Source: Felis catus
Lineage: Eukaryota
Direction: 5' to 3'
Length of the DNA stretch: 64,000 bases
NCBI RefSeq assembly: GCF_018350175.1
Contig: NC_058381.1
Location: forward strand, 56,854,001-56,918,000
This document shows positions 12,790 to 28,704 of the stretch, piece after piece (the stretch's first letter is position 1; each line of letters opens with the position of its first letter). Both the position numbers and the translations under genes were made by a program. The notes beneath the pieces are model-generated. The model was given only the letters and a program-made list of their open reading frames with translations. It did not search any database and was not told the DNA's origin.

Positions 12790-13700
12790 TGGGGACCCGT
12801 GGGCCGGGGGGGGGGGGTGAGGTGCGGGGTGAGGGGTGGGTGTGACCCGCGCGGGGTGGGGCGGGAGCCGCGGCCGGCCGGCCGGGAAGAGAAGATCGCC
12901 AGCGGAGCACCCAACTCCGACAGCCTCGTCGCTCGGCGACACTTCTGGGGGAGGCGGGCGAGTTTGCCGGCGGGGCCCTTCCTCCCTGCCGGCCGCGGGC
13001 TCTGCGCTCCCGGGGACGGCCCGGCCCGAGGCTGGGGACCCGATCCCCCGCCCCGCCCGAGCCGGGAGACGGAGGGGGCGGGGCCCCGGGGTGGGGAGGG
13101 GGCGCCCGGGAGGACCGGGTCCGTACCTGCCTGGCCTCGGCGGCCTGCTCCTCCGCCTCCGCCTCCGCCTCCGCCGGCGCCGCCGCGCGCTCCCCCGGGC
13201 CCTCGAGCTCCCCCGGGTCCTCCGGCGCGGCCGCCGGCTCCGGGGCGCAGGGGCCGGGCGGCGCGGGGGTCCCGGGGGCCTCGGCCGGGGGCGCGGGCTC
13301 CGGGCTCGCGGCCGCCCCGCGCCTCACCAGCAGCCAGGCGAGCAGCAGCGCCAGCGCCGTGGCCAGCGCGGGCAGCGCGGCCAGCAGTTCGGCCGGCGCC
13401 TCCATCGCGCCGCGGCCGCCGGAGTGCCAGCCCGCGGGGACCCCGAGGGAGCCGGCCGCGCCCCGCCCGCGCCCCGCCCCGGGGCGGAGCCCCCGCCGCG
13501 CCCCGCCTCCCCCCTCCCCCCCCTCCCCCGGGGGTGGCTCCGACGCTGGGGGACCCGGGGCCTGACCCCTGGGGGCGGCGCTCCTGAGGCCGGGCGAGTC
13601 CCAGCCCCGCCCCGGGCCCCTAAGCTTTGCGCTTAGATTTTTGTTTTGAAAACCGGCTTGCAACACTCATTCCACGGGCGCCCTCAGATTACCGTGGTTC
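12790..13700. promoter_or_regulatory. CpG island / MXRA7 promoter
   Basis: Very high GC and CpG density; multiple GGGGCGG GC boxes at about 13460-13510, upstream of the ATG on the - strand. Confidence 0.85.
13127..13405 (-). CDS. MXRA7: MXRA7 coding exon 1 (93 codons); downstream exons lie left of the window, so 1-13126 is intron 1
   Basis: Translation MEAPAELLAALPALATALALLLAWLLVRRGAAASPEP...EEQAAEARQ matches the MXRA7 N-terminus; ATG at 13405-13403; donor CAG|GTACGG after 13127; inside a CpG island. Confidence 0.95.
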
Positions 13701-14358
13701 TCGGCAGCATTTCCGCCCGGTACAGAAGGCCATCTCACAGCACTTTGGAACCGCCAGCGGAATGCCGAGGCCCGGTGAGGCCGGAAGGCTCGCCTAAACC
13801 GTGGCCCTGGACTGCCGGCAAGACGGTGCAAAGCGAAGGTCAACCCCGCTTTACTCCCGGCCACTCCCCGGACACGTCCACAGCGTTTTCAGAGGACACT
13901 GCCCGAGCCTGGCCGCTGGATGCCCCTTCTGGGCTGAGACCCAGCAGCCTTCCACACGGGCGTCCTTGTAACGTGGCTGCCCCCCAAAGGCTGTTTCTGG
14001 AACTCAGCTCCAGGTGCCTTGTGTCCACTCTGGTCCCCTACTGGCTGTTCCTCTTGGGAGTAATTCTGGAAGGTAGCGAAGGTGGAATGAAGGGAAGTGT
14101 ACTGGTTTTGTTCCTTCCAGATCCTTCCAGGGCTCTGTTGCTGAACAGTGTGTGTTTGAGATGACTACGCTGTAACCTGAAAAGTATTTCTCCCCCGCTC
14201 CCAATAAACACAGGGCGGACGAAGTGTGTCAAGTACCAACTGAAAAAACAGGGTGCCGGTTTTTGCTTCGGATACATTTACTGCTGTTTTGGAAAAATTA
14301 CAGTGCCTGAGCTGACATCTGGTGGGAGCCAAGCAGCTAGAATGGAGTGTTGTTTAAA

Positions 14359-14559
14359 TTTTTTTTTAATGTTTATTTATTTTTGAGAGAGACAGAGCGT
14401 GAGCAGGGGAGGGGCAGAGAGAGAGGGAGATACAGAATCGGAAGTAGGCTCCTGGCTCCGGGCTGTCAGCACAGGGCCCGACGCGGGGCTCGAACCCACG
14501 GCTTGTGACATCACGACTTGAGCCGAGGTCCCTAACCAACCGAGCCACCCAGGCGCCCC
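14359..14559 (-). mobile_element. CAN-SINE
   Basis: TSD ATGGAGTG(T/C)TGTTTAAAT. Confidence 0.9.
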
Positions 14560-14801
14560 TAGATGGAGTGCTGTTTAAATGGAAGATGCTAGCGTGTGCT
14601 CAGGCTTCCTCCTGGTCCAGTTATGACCAATGGGCAAAAGGCAAGCTTAATCCTGCCGGATCACATAATATGAAGGTACAAGTAAAAGGAATTTCAGTGG
14701 TGACCGATGAAAAACAGCCCGTAATATGCAAAATGCGGAGTGGGGCTTAGGTCTTAGCTACTGGCTTCTGACCACAAGGGGACTTATGGGCTAAGTGGGT
14801 C

Positions 14802-15045
14802 TTCTTCCTTGTCCCCTGTCCTCACTGTTTCAAAGTTGCTATGTAAGAGGGCCCGTTGTGCAAACTCGGTCATGTTCTGTATCAACTATCGGATGAATAA
14901 CGGAAAGAAACAAGAACAGAACATTCTTCCTTGTCCCCTGTCCTCACTGTTTCAAAGTTGCTATGTAAGAGGGCCCGTTGTGCAAACTCGGTCATGTTCT
15001 GTATCAACTATCGGATGAATAACGGAAAGAAACAAGAACAGAACA
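14802..15045. repeat. Perfect tandem duplication, 2 x 122 bp
   Basis: 14802-14923 reads identically to 14924-15045. Confidence 0.95.
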
Positions 15046-15076
15046 ATGCAAAAAACCCAACTCCAAACCAAGTTGC

Positions 15077-15082
15077 TTTATT
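15077..15082 (-). terminator. JMJD6 distal polyadenylation signal (long 3' UTR of the alternative terminal exon)
   Basis: AATAAA on - followed by a strongly GU-rich tract GGTTTGGAGTTGGGTTTTTTGCATTGTTCTGTTCTTG. Confidence 0.65.
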
Positions 15083-18000
15083 TAAAATGATGAACAAGTT
15101 TCATCCAAGTGAAAGTTAAAAATACCAGTCAAATGGCAGAGCCACAGGCATTTGGTGGCGGAGCCCACGGCGAGATGAAAGCAGACGTAGGAGGCTGCTG
15201 GGTGCGTGTGACAGCTGCAGGAGGCGTGAGGACTCAACTCAGCACGTGGTCCCCGGCCTTCCGCACTGTCCAGTCACCCTGGAGACAGCCGGCCGGGCCA
15301 GTGCTCAGGGGACACGAGGAGTGTCACGTTTTTGAACTACCGATGACAGCCACCACCTGAGGGGCCGGGGCACGAGGTTTGTCTAGTTTGGCTGTATAGA
15401 ATGTGACATCATTGGAACATCGTGGCAGAAGGCGGGGAGGGGAGTGTGAGGAGGAACCAGACTCCGCGGGGAACCATCGACAGTACCAGCACACATGACA
15501 AACGACTTACTTGTGGAAACGCTACACAGGATTCGAGGAACCTACAGCTGCGCACTTACACGCCTACGTCCTTAGAAAGCACTTTTTACGACATTTACCG
15601 CAAAACTCCCGCTCTGTCCCACACGCTCATCTGAGGTCCTAAATCACATCCAGGCGGAACCTCTAGTAAGTTCACAAAGCAACTTATACCAGCAACTTTC
15701 TTGCTTACCCTTAGATATCTTTAGCTAATTTAGAAAGAGAAACCAAATACTAAGAACACGGCTATGATGTTAATGACGTTCTTTTATGAAGATCTCATCA
15801 ACTTGTATTTTGTAAAGTCTGAACTTGCTTTTCTGGCCACGGAAATGGATATGACGGACTCTACCTACCCCGACCAGCGACCCTTGGGAACCACGGCACA
15901 CTCACTGTCCCTTAGCACCACGAGAGGAGGGACCTGGACTCGTCACTGCTTCATCTCCAGCACCTAGAACAGTGGCTGGCACTCAAACGCAGGCTGGGTG
16001 CTCGAATGACTAATCAATGGGCATCTGCGAGCCTGAGCCAAATGTGAACAACGTCCCTGCGTTTGGTGGCTCTCCCCTCAAAGGTGTCACCCTGAATATC
16101 CCAGCACTACTGATGACCCCAGAGGCACCTGTGTGCGGCCCTGGATACTCAGGCTGATGGTAGAACCCTTGGTGCTCACCCCCGAAGCCCCAGAGGCTCC
16201 CCCACCCCCCCAATGTCTTCATCCACCTGCTCCAATCAGTTACTGGTCGAAGAGCCCCCGTTCCAGGACCCAGCGCATTGGGTCTAGGGAAGAATCCCTA
16301 GAAAATAGTTTCATGCGGTATCCTTCTCTCACTACTGCTGATGGCACGTGGAGCAGCCCAGGCCACCAGGGCAGAAGGGTTGACGTCAGAGCAGATGGCC
16401 CTGGTCCCCACTTTCTACCTTGTCCTGAGCACCCGGCCATCACTCCACTCCTTTCTCAGTTTCCGCACCCCATCCCTGCTTTCTTTCCACGCTGGCGTGC
16501 TCGGCTGGCCCACGGTGACAGTAAAAGGGGAGGCGTGGGAGGTGCTGAATCCCGGCCTGGCTAAAACGAAGACTGCCCCATCCATGGTCGTTCATGGGCC
16601 GGCGAGAGCCCAAAGGCAGCACGTACTCTGTGTGAGCCAGATGCTTTCAGGTGAAGGGACTGCGAGCCTGCCAGATGAGCTGGATCCCTTATTTCTGAGT
16701 ATTGGTGGTCAAACAGGAATCACCCATCGCTGGAGCCTCTGGGGGGGTGGGGGGAGGAGGCTAATCTCTCCAATTCAAACTACCCTGTCGTCGCAGCCAC
16801 TGCACGCCCCCTGGCGGCAAACAGCCTTTTGCTTTTGTTGGTTTGCCTTTAAACCGAGGCTTAGAGAGATTGGTACGAATTTGAGAGGAAGGTGCGATCG
16901 CCCCGTAGCAATACCGGGGAGATGAAAAAATTATTTTGAAGATGGCAAGAAAATTTTAAAGAGGAGGAGGAACACCATTCAGGTATTAATACAAACAGGT
17001 TACAAGTTCCGTGTATGACTTTACTCACACGCACACACACCCTGGAGCCCGGGGCCGCCGAGCCCCGTGGCCGGGCGGGGAAAGGAGGGCGGGTGCCGGG
17101 CGCCAGCGCTGAGAAGGTGGCAGATGTTCTCCATCCCATCCGGCCACTTCTTTGCATTGGCATTTGAGGATGCAGAAAACACAAAATAGGGGCCCAACCT
17201 CCTAGAGTAAAGCCACTCGACCGACCTAGTGTCGAGAAATGGTAACCGCTCTGCTAAAAATGTAACCTCTGCACAGAAGAGACCTGGGCTCCCCAGATTA
17301 AAGCCACGTGTCGGGAGGATCTGGGGGAGGCGACACCACACGATTCCAGGATGCGTGCACACACCTCGCGGCTCGCCCGGGAGACTACGGTGAGAGCTCC
17401 TCTGCCCTCCGGCTGCTCGTGCCCTGGCCTGCGTTCCCACCCAGAAGACGGCACGTCCCTGCCAAGCCCCCTTTTACTTTTAAGTTTAGTTGAATTCAGG
17501 GACGGATTAAGGCAAGCAGGTAAGAATGAAGAGGGCAAGACGTGGAACCTACTGGTCAATCCCCAAGCGTTCACGGCGGAGTCGTCTGGAAGCCCAGATG
17601 AGATCCCAAAGGCGAGAAGCACCGTATAGGACCTCACTCCAGACGTGCAGCCCGAGGCGCCCACCTCGTGTCTGCCGGTCAAACGAACGGGGACACTCAT
17701 CGCGACGTCTCTCGCGGAGCAGATCACGCGGCAGGAAAGACCAGGACACGTCTGTCAGGAGGCAGCCCCGTTCCTCATTCACGTTCCGTGATGAGAATGC
17801 ACTGAACACCTTTCCTGCTCTGTCCCCAACCCAAACCCCGATGCGGCGTCCTTCCCCCCAGGACACTCGGCACACACACACCGCCGGGACGCACGAGGCC
17901 CTCCGACGGCGGAGAGAAGGGAACGCGTCACAAGACAGTGCTCGCGGTGGTGAGCGGTGCCGCACGTGCCGGCTGGGTCACCGCCACGCGGCTTCGGACA

Positions 18001-18486
18001 AAGGGTGACACGGGGAGGTGGCGCACACGCGGCACTTCATACGCGTAACCAGCTCACACGCAAATCCGAGTCCGCTCGCCCCTCAGGGCCCGCTGGTGGG
18101 CAGCCGGCTCTTGGACGGCAGAGGTTCCGCACCAACGGTCGGGGAGGGGTCAGATGCAGCCAGCCGCTCCCGGGATGGCGGCCCTCCGGCCTCGGGGCGG
18201 AGCAGCGTGGTTCAGAGACAGCACAGGCCTTGTCACCCAGGGGCCCACGGGCCTGCAGCGTTTCGGGGTTTCACTGAGGGTCGTGAGCTTTTAAACTTCT
18301 TGGCCATCTAGTCTTAGGAAGCAGTGAAAACAGCATTTGACCGAAGACAGAAGCTTGGACCAGAGAAGGATGATCCAAATTCAGAGAAGACAGAGGAGAA
18401 GGAGGGAGCAGAAGACGTGAAAACTGAGTCAGGTGGCCGCCAACCACGTACGCAGGAACCACCTCAGGGACAGTCTCTCTCTTTGC

Positions 18487-18523
18487 TCAGGGGTGAGCCC
18501 GGCCTCCACAAGTGTCCCTAATC
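18487..18523 (-). CDS. JMJD6: JMJD6 alternative terminal exon coding part, (R)IRDTCGGRAHP*, giving a 414-aa isoform
   Basis: Acceptor TTTCCTTGGCAG|GATTAGG; in phase with donor AG|GTGACC after 19806; peptide matches the longer human JMJD6 C-terminus as I recall it. Confidence 0.85.
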
Positions 18524-19532
18524 CTGCCAAGGAAAGTACAACTGCCTGTAATCAGCATGTAGACGGCACAGCGGGTGCAAAGCTGGAAGGAAACGTTAAA
18601 GCCGAACCCCAGGACCCCACGTGGCATTAAGGGCAGGGCTGTCCCTACGACCTTCCCTTCCAAGTTACGAAGTCACACAGTGCGGGCAGGTAGGAGTGAG
18701 TCCGCGACAACACAGACGCCTTAAAAAGGCAAGAAGTGAAATCTAAGAGCGGCCTGAAGAGGGCGACTGGGTTGAGGAATGCATGTTCTAGTCCCACAAA
18801 TTCAGGTGAACAGGACACCTGAACTTCTCGTGGGATTCCAGTGTGACTGCAGAGGACGAGGGAAACAGACTGAAAGGAACATGGGTCCTAAACTTTCCTA
18901 ACACACCGAAGACAACGCTCTGCTCAGAGATACAAAGGACGCGACAGGGACGTCGGCCGCGGCACTGCCGGGGCCTGAGACACTTAAAAAGTCGTGAGAG
19001 CTCCAGTATCTGACTACCTTCCCGAAACGTCTCCCCGTCTCCCCGTTGCAGACACGCTGCAACTCGCACCGTGGCAAGGGGCTCTGGGATCCGGGCCCCG
19101 GGGCGCACGGCAGCCACCAACCCCCCTCCCCGTAAGCCCGTCACGTGCCCAGCACAGGGCCACTGCTGGCAGAAATGACCTTAGTGACTTTAAGCGTTCG
19201 CTTATTGACATCCACTCTGGTTCGAACGAGCGTGGGAGACGGGACGGAGGCCTCACAAAACACCCGAGTTCCGCGCCGCCGTCTCCCTCGGTGTGAGCGC
19301 TCAAAGGGACGACGGCAGTGGGGGACAACGCCAGGAGGCCACACCTCAGGCCCTCAGGAGGCGCGGGGAACTTCTCCCGCGCTGCCGCCTGTACAGCTGT
19401 AACCATCGCCTCCCCGCCGAGCGCGCACGCCAGCGGAGTCCCTGCTGTCCCCCAAGGCCGCGAGAATAACAAGGGGGGGTTTCTGGTATTCTCGAAGGGA
19501 AAAAATGGCAAGGATAGAAAACGGATTTAATT

Positions 19533-19538
19533 TTTATT
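19533..19538 (-). terminator. JMJD6 proximal polyadenylation signal
   Basis: AATAAA on - about 265 nt past the exon-6 stop, followed by U-rich sequence. Confidence 0.7.
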
Positions 19539-19801
19539 AAATAACATTAAGGGTGTCCTTGGCACCATCCACACAGATTCTTGCCTTTCCGCGTAAAAGA
19601 AGCGGCGTTAATCTGCCCCGGTAGCAGTGAAAAAAGCCACTGCAGCAAAGGCCGAGTGAACGGACTCGTATTCCGAGAGCGCCCTCATTCTCTGCCTTTG
19701 TCCGGCCCTCCCCTTGACCGCGGATCCAAAAGGCTGACCTCCCCAGGGCCCCGCCCCTCATGTGGCCACGTCCCTCCTACGCAGACGGCGGCCGTGCGTG
19801 G

Positions 19802-25740
<5,939 letters not shown>

Positions 25741-26193
25741 TCACTCCGCAACCACCTCCCGGGCCTCGGGTTGGGCACGCGGCTGCCGTCTTCCCCGCCC
25801 CCGGGCCACTAGTGGTGAGCCATTGGCTTGGGCGCCTCCGGGGTCCGCCCTCACACTCCCCGGCTCGCCGCCATGTTGGGAAGGTCAGGCCGATGGAGGC
25901 GCCTCCTCACTGCGGTCCCGCCTCTCCCGCTCCCGCTTCCGCTGTGTACGTCACTTCCGGAAGCGAGCGCTCACTCCGCCGCCCGTTTCCGGCGTGCGAG
26001 CAGCCGAGGCCACCTGTCTTCCCTGTCTTCTCTGCCAGGTCTTTGGTCTCTTGCCGCACGGCCACACCGTCCCCCGAGGGGTGTGTTCCCCGCCCTTGCT
26101 GTCCCGTTGCGGCGACCCGACGGGGCCCGCGAAGGGCCACGTGGCGCCGGTGAGACGGCTCCAGCCGGTCCCGGGGTCCCCCGCGTGCCCAGC

Positions 26194-26361
26194 CTGGCAA
26201 CCTGGCGCCCTCCGCTGCTCGCGGCCCGCCGGGGGGCCACCGACTCCCCCACGGGCGAGCGTGGCCTTCGAGGGCATGTGGTTCGGGCCCAGCGCTTTCG
26301 GTTCTCAGAGGAGCCGGGCCTGGGGGCTGAGGGGACGGTGCTGGAGGTCAGCGTCCCGCAG
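26194..26361 (+). CDS. METTL23: METTL23 exon 1: putative in-frame N-terminal extension (start uncertain, candidate CUG at 26194)
   Basis: Open frame ...RAQRFRFSEEPGLGAEGTVLEVSVPQ, donor CAG|GTGCGT after 26361, joins in phase 0 to 28600 (VLHLQYG-MYVWP). Confidence 0.6.
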
Positions 26362-26890
26362 GTGCGTGCAGCGGCACCCGCCGGGGGGCGCCTCCGGCCC
26401 CTTGCGGTGGCGCCCGGGGCAGGAGCTGTTCTCAGTGGCCTGGGCGGGGGGGGGGGGGGGGGGTGTTGGGAGGGGGTGGGGGACGGGCTCTGGCGGCTAC
26501 CCTGCCTGAGGAAGGGCCTCCGAGCGGGAAGGGTCGCGGTGGGAAGCCCTCTGACAGTCTTGAAGTAAGAAACTTGGGGGTCCTGCCAGGAAGAGAGCCC
26601 TCCGCATCAAATATTTCCTGCCCGAAAAGTGACATTTTGGACACCGAACACTTCCTTTGACCTAGTAGAAGGGCTTCTTAATTCAGCTTTATCTAGGATC
26701 GGGAATTCTACCCTCACTATCCGAATAAAGTTCCGTGGGTTGGCACCCGTTCCTTCCGGTTTACAGCTGCCCCAAACTCTCAGTAATAATAGTAATACTT
26801 TATGCGTCCGGTTTTTCGAAGCATTTTGACGTGGCCGTGTTTAGATTTCAACGGCAGTGGGTGAGGTAGGTATTAGCGAAACAATTCAAA

Positions 26891-27232
26891 GGGGCGTCCG
26901 ACTCTTGATTTGGGCTCGGGTCGTCGTCGTCTCAGCTCAGAGCCTGCTTGGGGTTCTCCCTCCCGCTCTCTGATCCTCCCCCACTCACACTTGCGGTCTC
27001 TCTGTCTCAAAATACATAAATATTTTTTTTAATATTTTTATTTATTTTGAGACAGAGAGAGACAGAGCATGAGCAGGGGAGGGGCAGAGAGAGAGGGAGA
27101 CACAATTTGAAACAGGCTCCAGGCTCTGAGCTGTCAGCACAGAGCCCGACATGGGGCTCGAACTCAGGGACCGCGAGATCATGACCCGAGCTGAAGTCAG
27201 ACGCTTAACCGACTGAGCCACCCAGGCACCCC
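26891..27232. mobile_element. Degenerate + SINE (26891-27020) with a - SINE (27023-27232) in its tail
   Basis: Opposed SINE bodies; TAAATATTTT on both flanks of the - copy. Confidence 0.82.
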
Positions 27233-28599
27233 TAAATAAATATTTTAAAGATGATAAATGGGTAAGAGGAGGTAAAGTCTCGAGTGAAACCGTTTCTAAC
27301 AGTTTTTAAATGCCTTCCCGTTGAAATACCCACTCGATTTCTTCCCTCATTTAGGAGGTGAAGATACTCCGTGTGAGAAGAAAGACCTCTTTCCACCCAA
27401 ATCGGCAAACTCAACTGCTGTGATCAGAAACCCTTTAATGTATCTTGGGTGAAATCTACCAGGGCAGGCATTTTATTCACCATGCACGCCCTACACTTAA
27501 GACCCAGTGCCTAGCATATTTTAGGCACTAAAATTTTGGAGAGTGAATTGAATGAATTGAGTTCAAACTTCCAGTTCCTTCACCTTTGGTACTTTGAAAA
27601 CTCGAGCGCCGTTTCCAACCACAAGCAGCACCCTTTGCTCTAGAAAACAGACTTGCGGTTTTGCAGTCTTTTAATAACCGCTCAAGGTGTGTGCTCATTT
27701 TGTGCCTGGTGCTGTACTAAGTTTGCGTCGAATCTTCCACCATCACCCTATGGGATAGTGTTTTGCGGTGGCGGAAACTGAAGCACGGACAGGTTGAATG
27801 GCAGGTGAGGTCCCACAGGTAGTCAGTTACATATCTGGAGTTTGAACTCAGGCAGGCTCGTTCCAAAGGCGTGAGCCGTTTAATTTGCCTCTCTCGCAAT
27901 TCTGTGTCTTTGCAAAGGCTCTGTATGCTGCCTGCCTTCCTAACTCCAGAACCGAGCTGCACTCAAAGCTCTTCTGGAATGTCTCCCTAGCCTGTTTCCC
28001 AGGACCATACCAAACTGCCTGTGATTATAATCCTCGGATACATTCTTACTGCACTTAAAAGCTAAACTTCCTGTGGCCCAGAAGACCACATAGGTCTGGT
28101 CCCTGCCTTCCCTCTGACCTCTGCTTGTACTACCACAACCCTGCCTCCAGCCCCCATGCGCTTGCTGTGGGTGCTGTCTGAACCGTTCTCCCTATCTAGG
28201 ATAGCCACCTTGTGATCACTGTCCCCCCATCGTTCCCTGCCCCCACCACTGCCATCACCCGGTTTTGTTGTGTTAGCACCCACACCAGCCAAAAACATAT
28301 TCGCTTACTTGTGGCTTGTCTCTTCCTAGTAGGGTATGTATGTACATGTGTGTTCCATGAGCTTTACATCCATAGCCCACGAAATCACTCCCAGTCCCTG
28401 AAATAAATGCTTGTTGAGTGGAGAGTGGCTATCCTGTGGTATTGCAGTTTCATATGCCCCATAGGATGTGAACTTTACAGCAGGGAATCACCGTTTTTGT
28501 AATAGATGCCAGTGTCAGGCACTCAGTAATTGCTGTAAAAATAAATATTCCAACTTCCAGCAGATGAGTTATTTTTGGCTTACAAAAAATTCTTTTCAG

Positions 28600-28704
28600 G
28601 TCCTGCACCTCCAGTACGGAATGTATGTTTGGCCCTGTGCGGTGGTCCTGGCTCAGTACCTGTGGTTTCACAGAAGATCTCTGCCAGGCAAGGCTGTCTT
28701 AGAG
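28600..28704 (+). CDS. METTL23: METTL23 exon 2 (AUG at 28621)
   Basis: TTTTCAG|GTCCTG acceptor; GAG|GTACAA donor. Confidence 0.93.

Noticed and set aside
14802-15045. CRISPR-like or protein-coding repeat (two ORFs with identical starts)
   Set aside because: Only two abutting copies without spacers in mammalian DNA; the ORFs are by-products of the duplication
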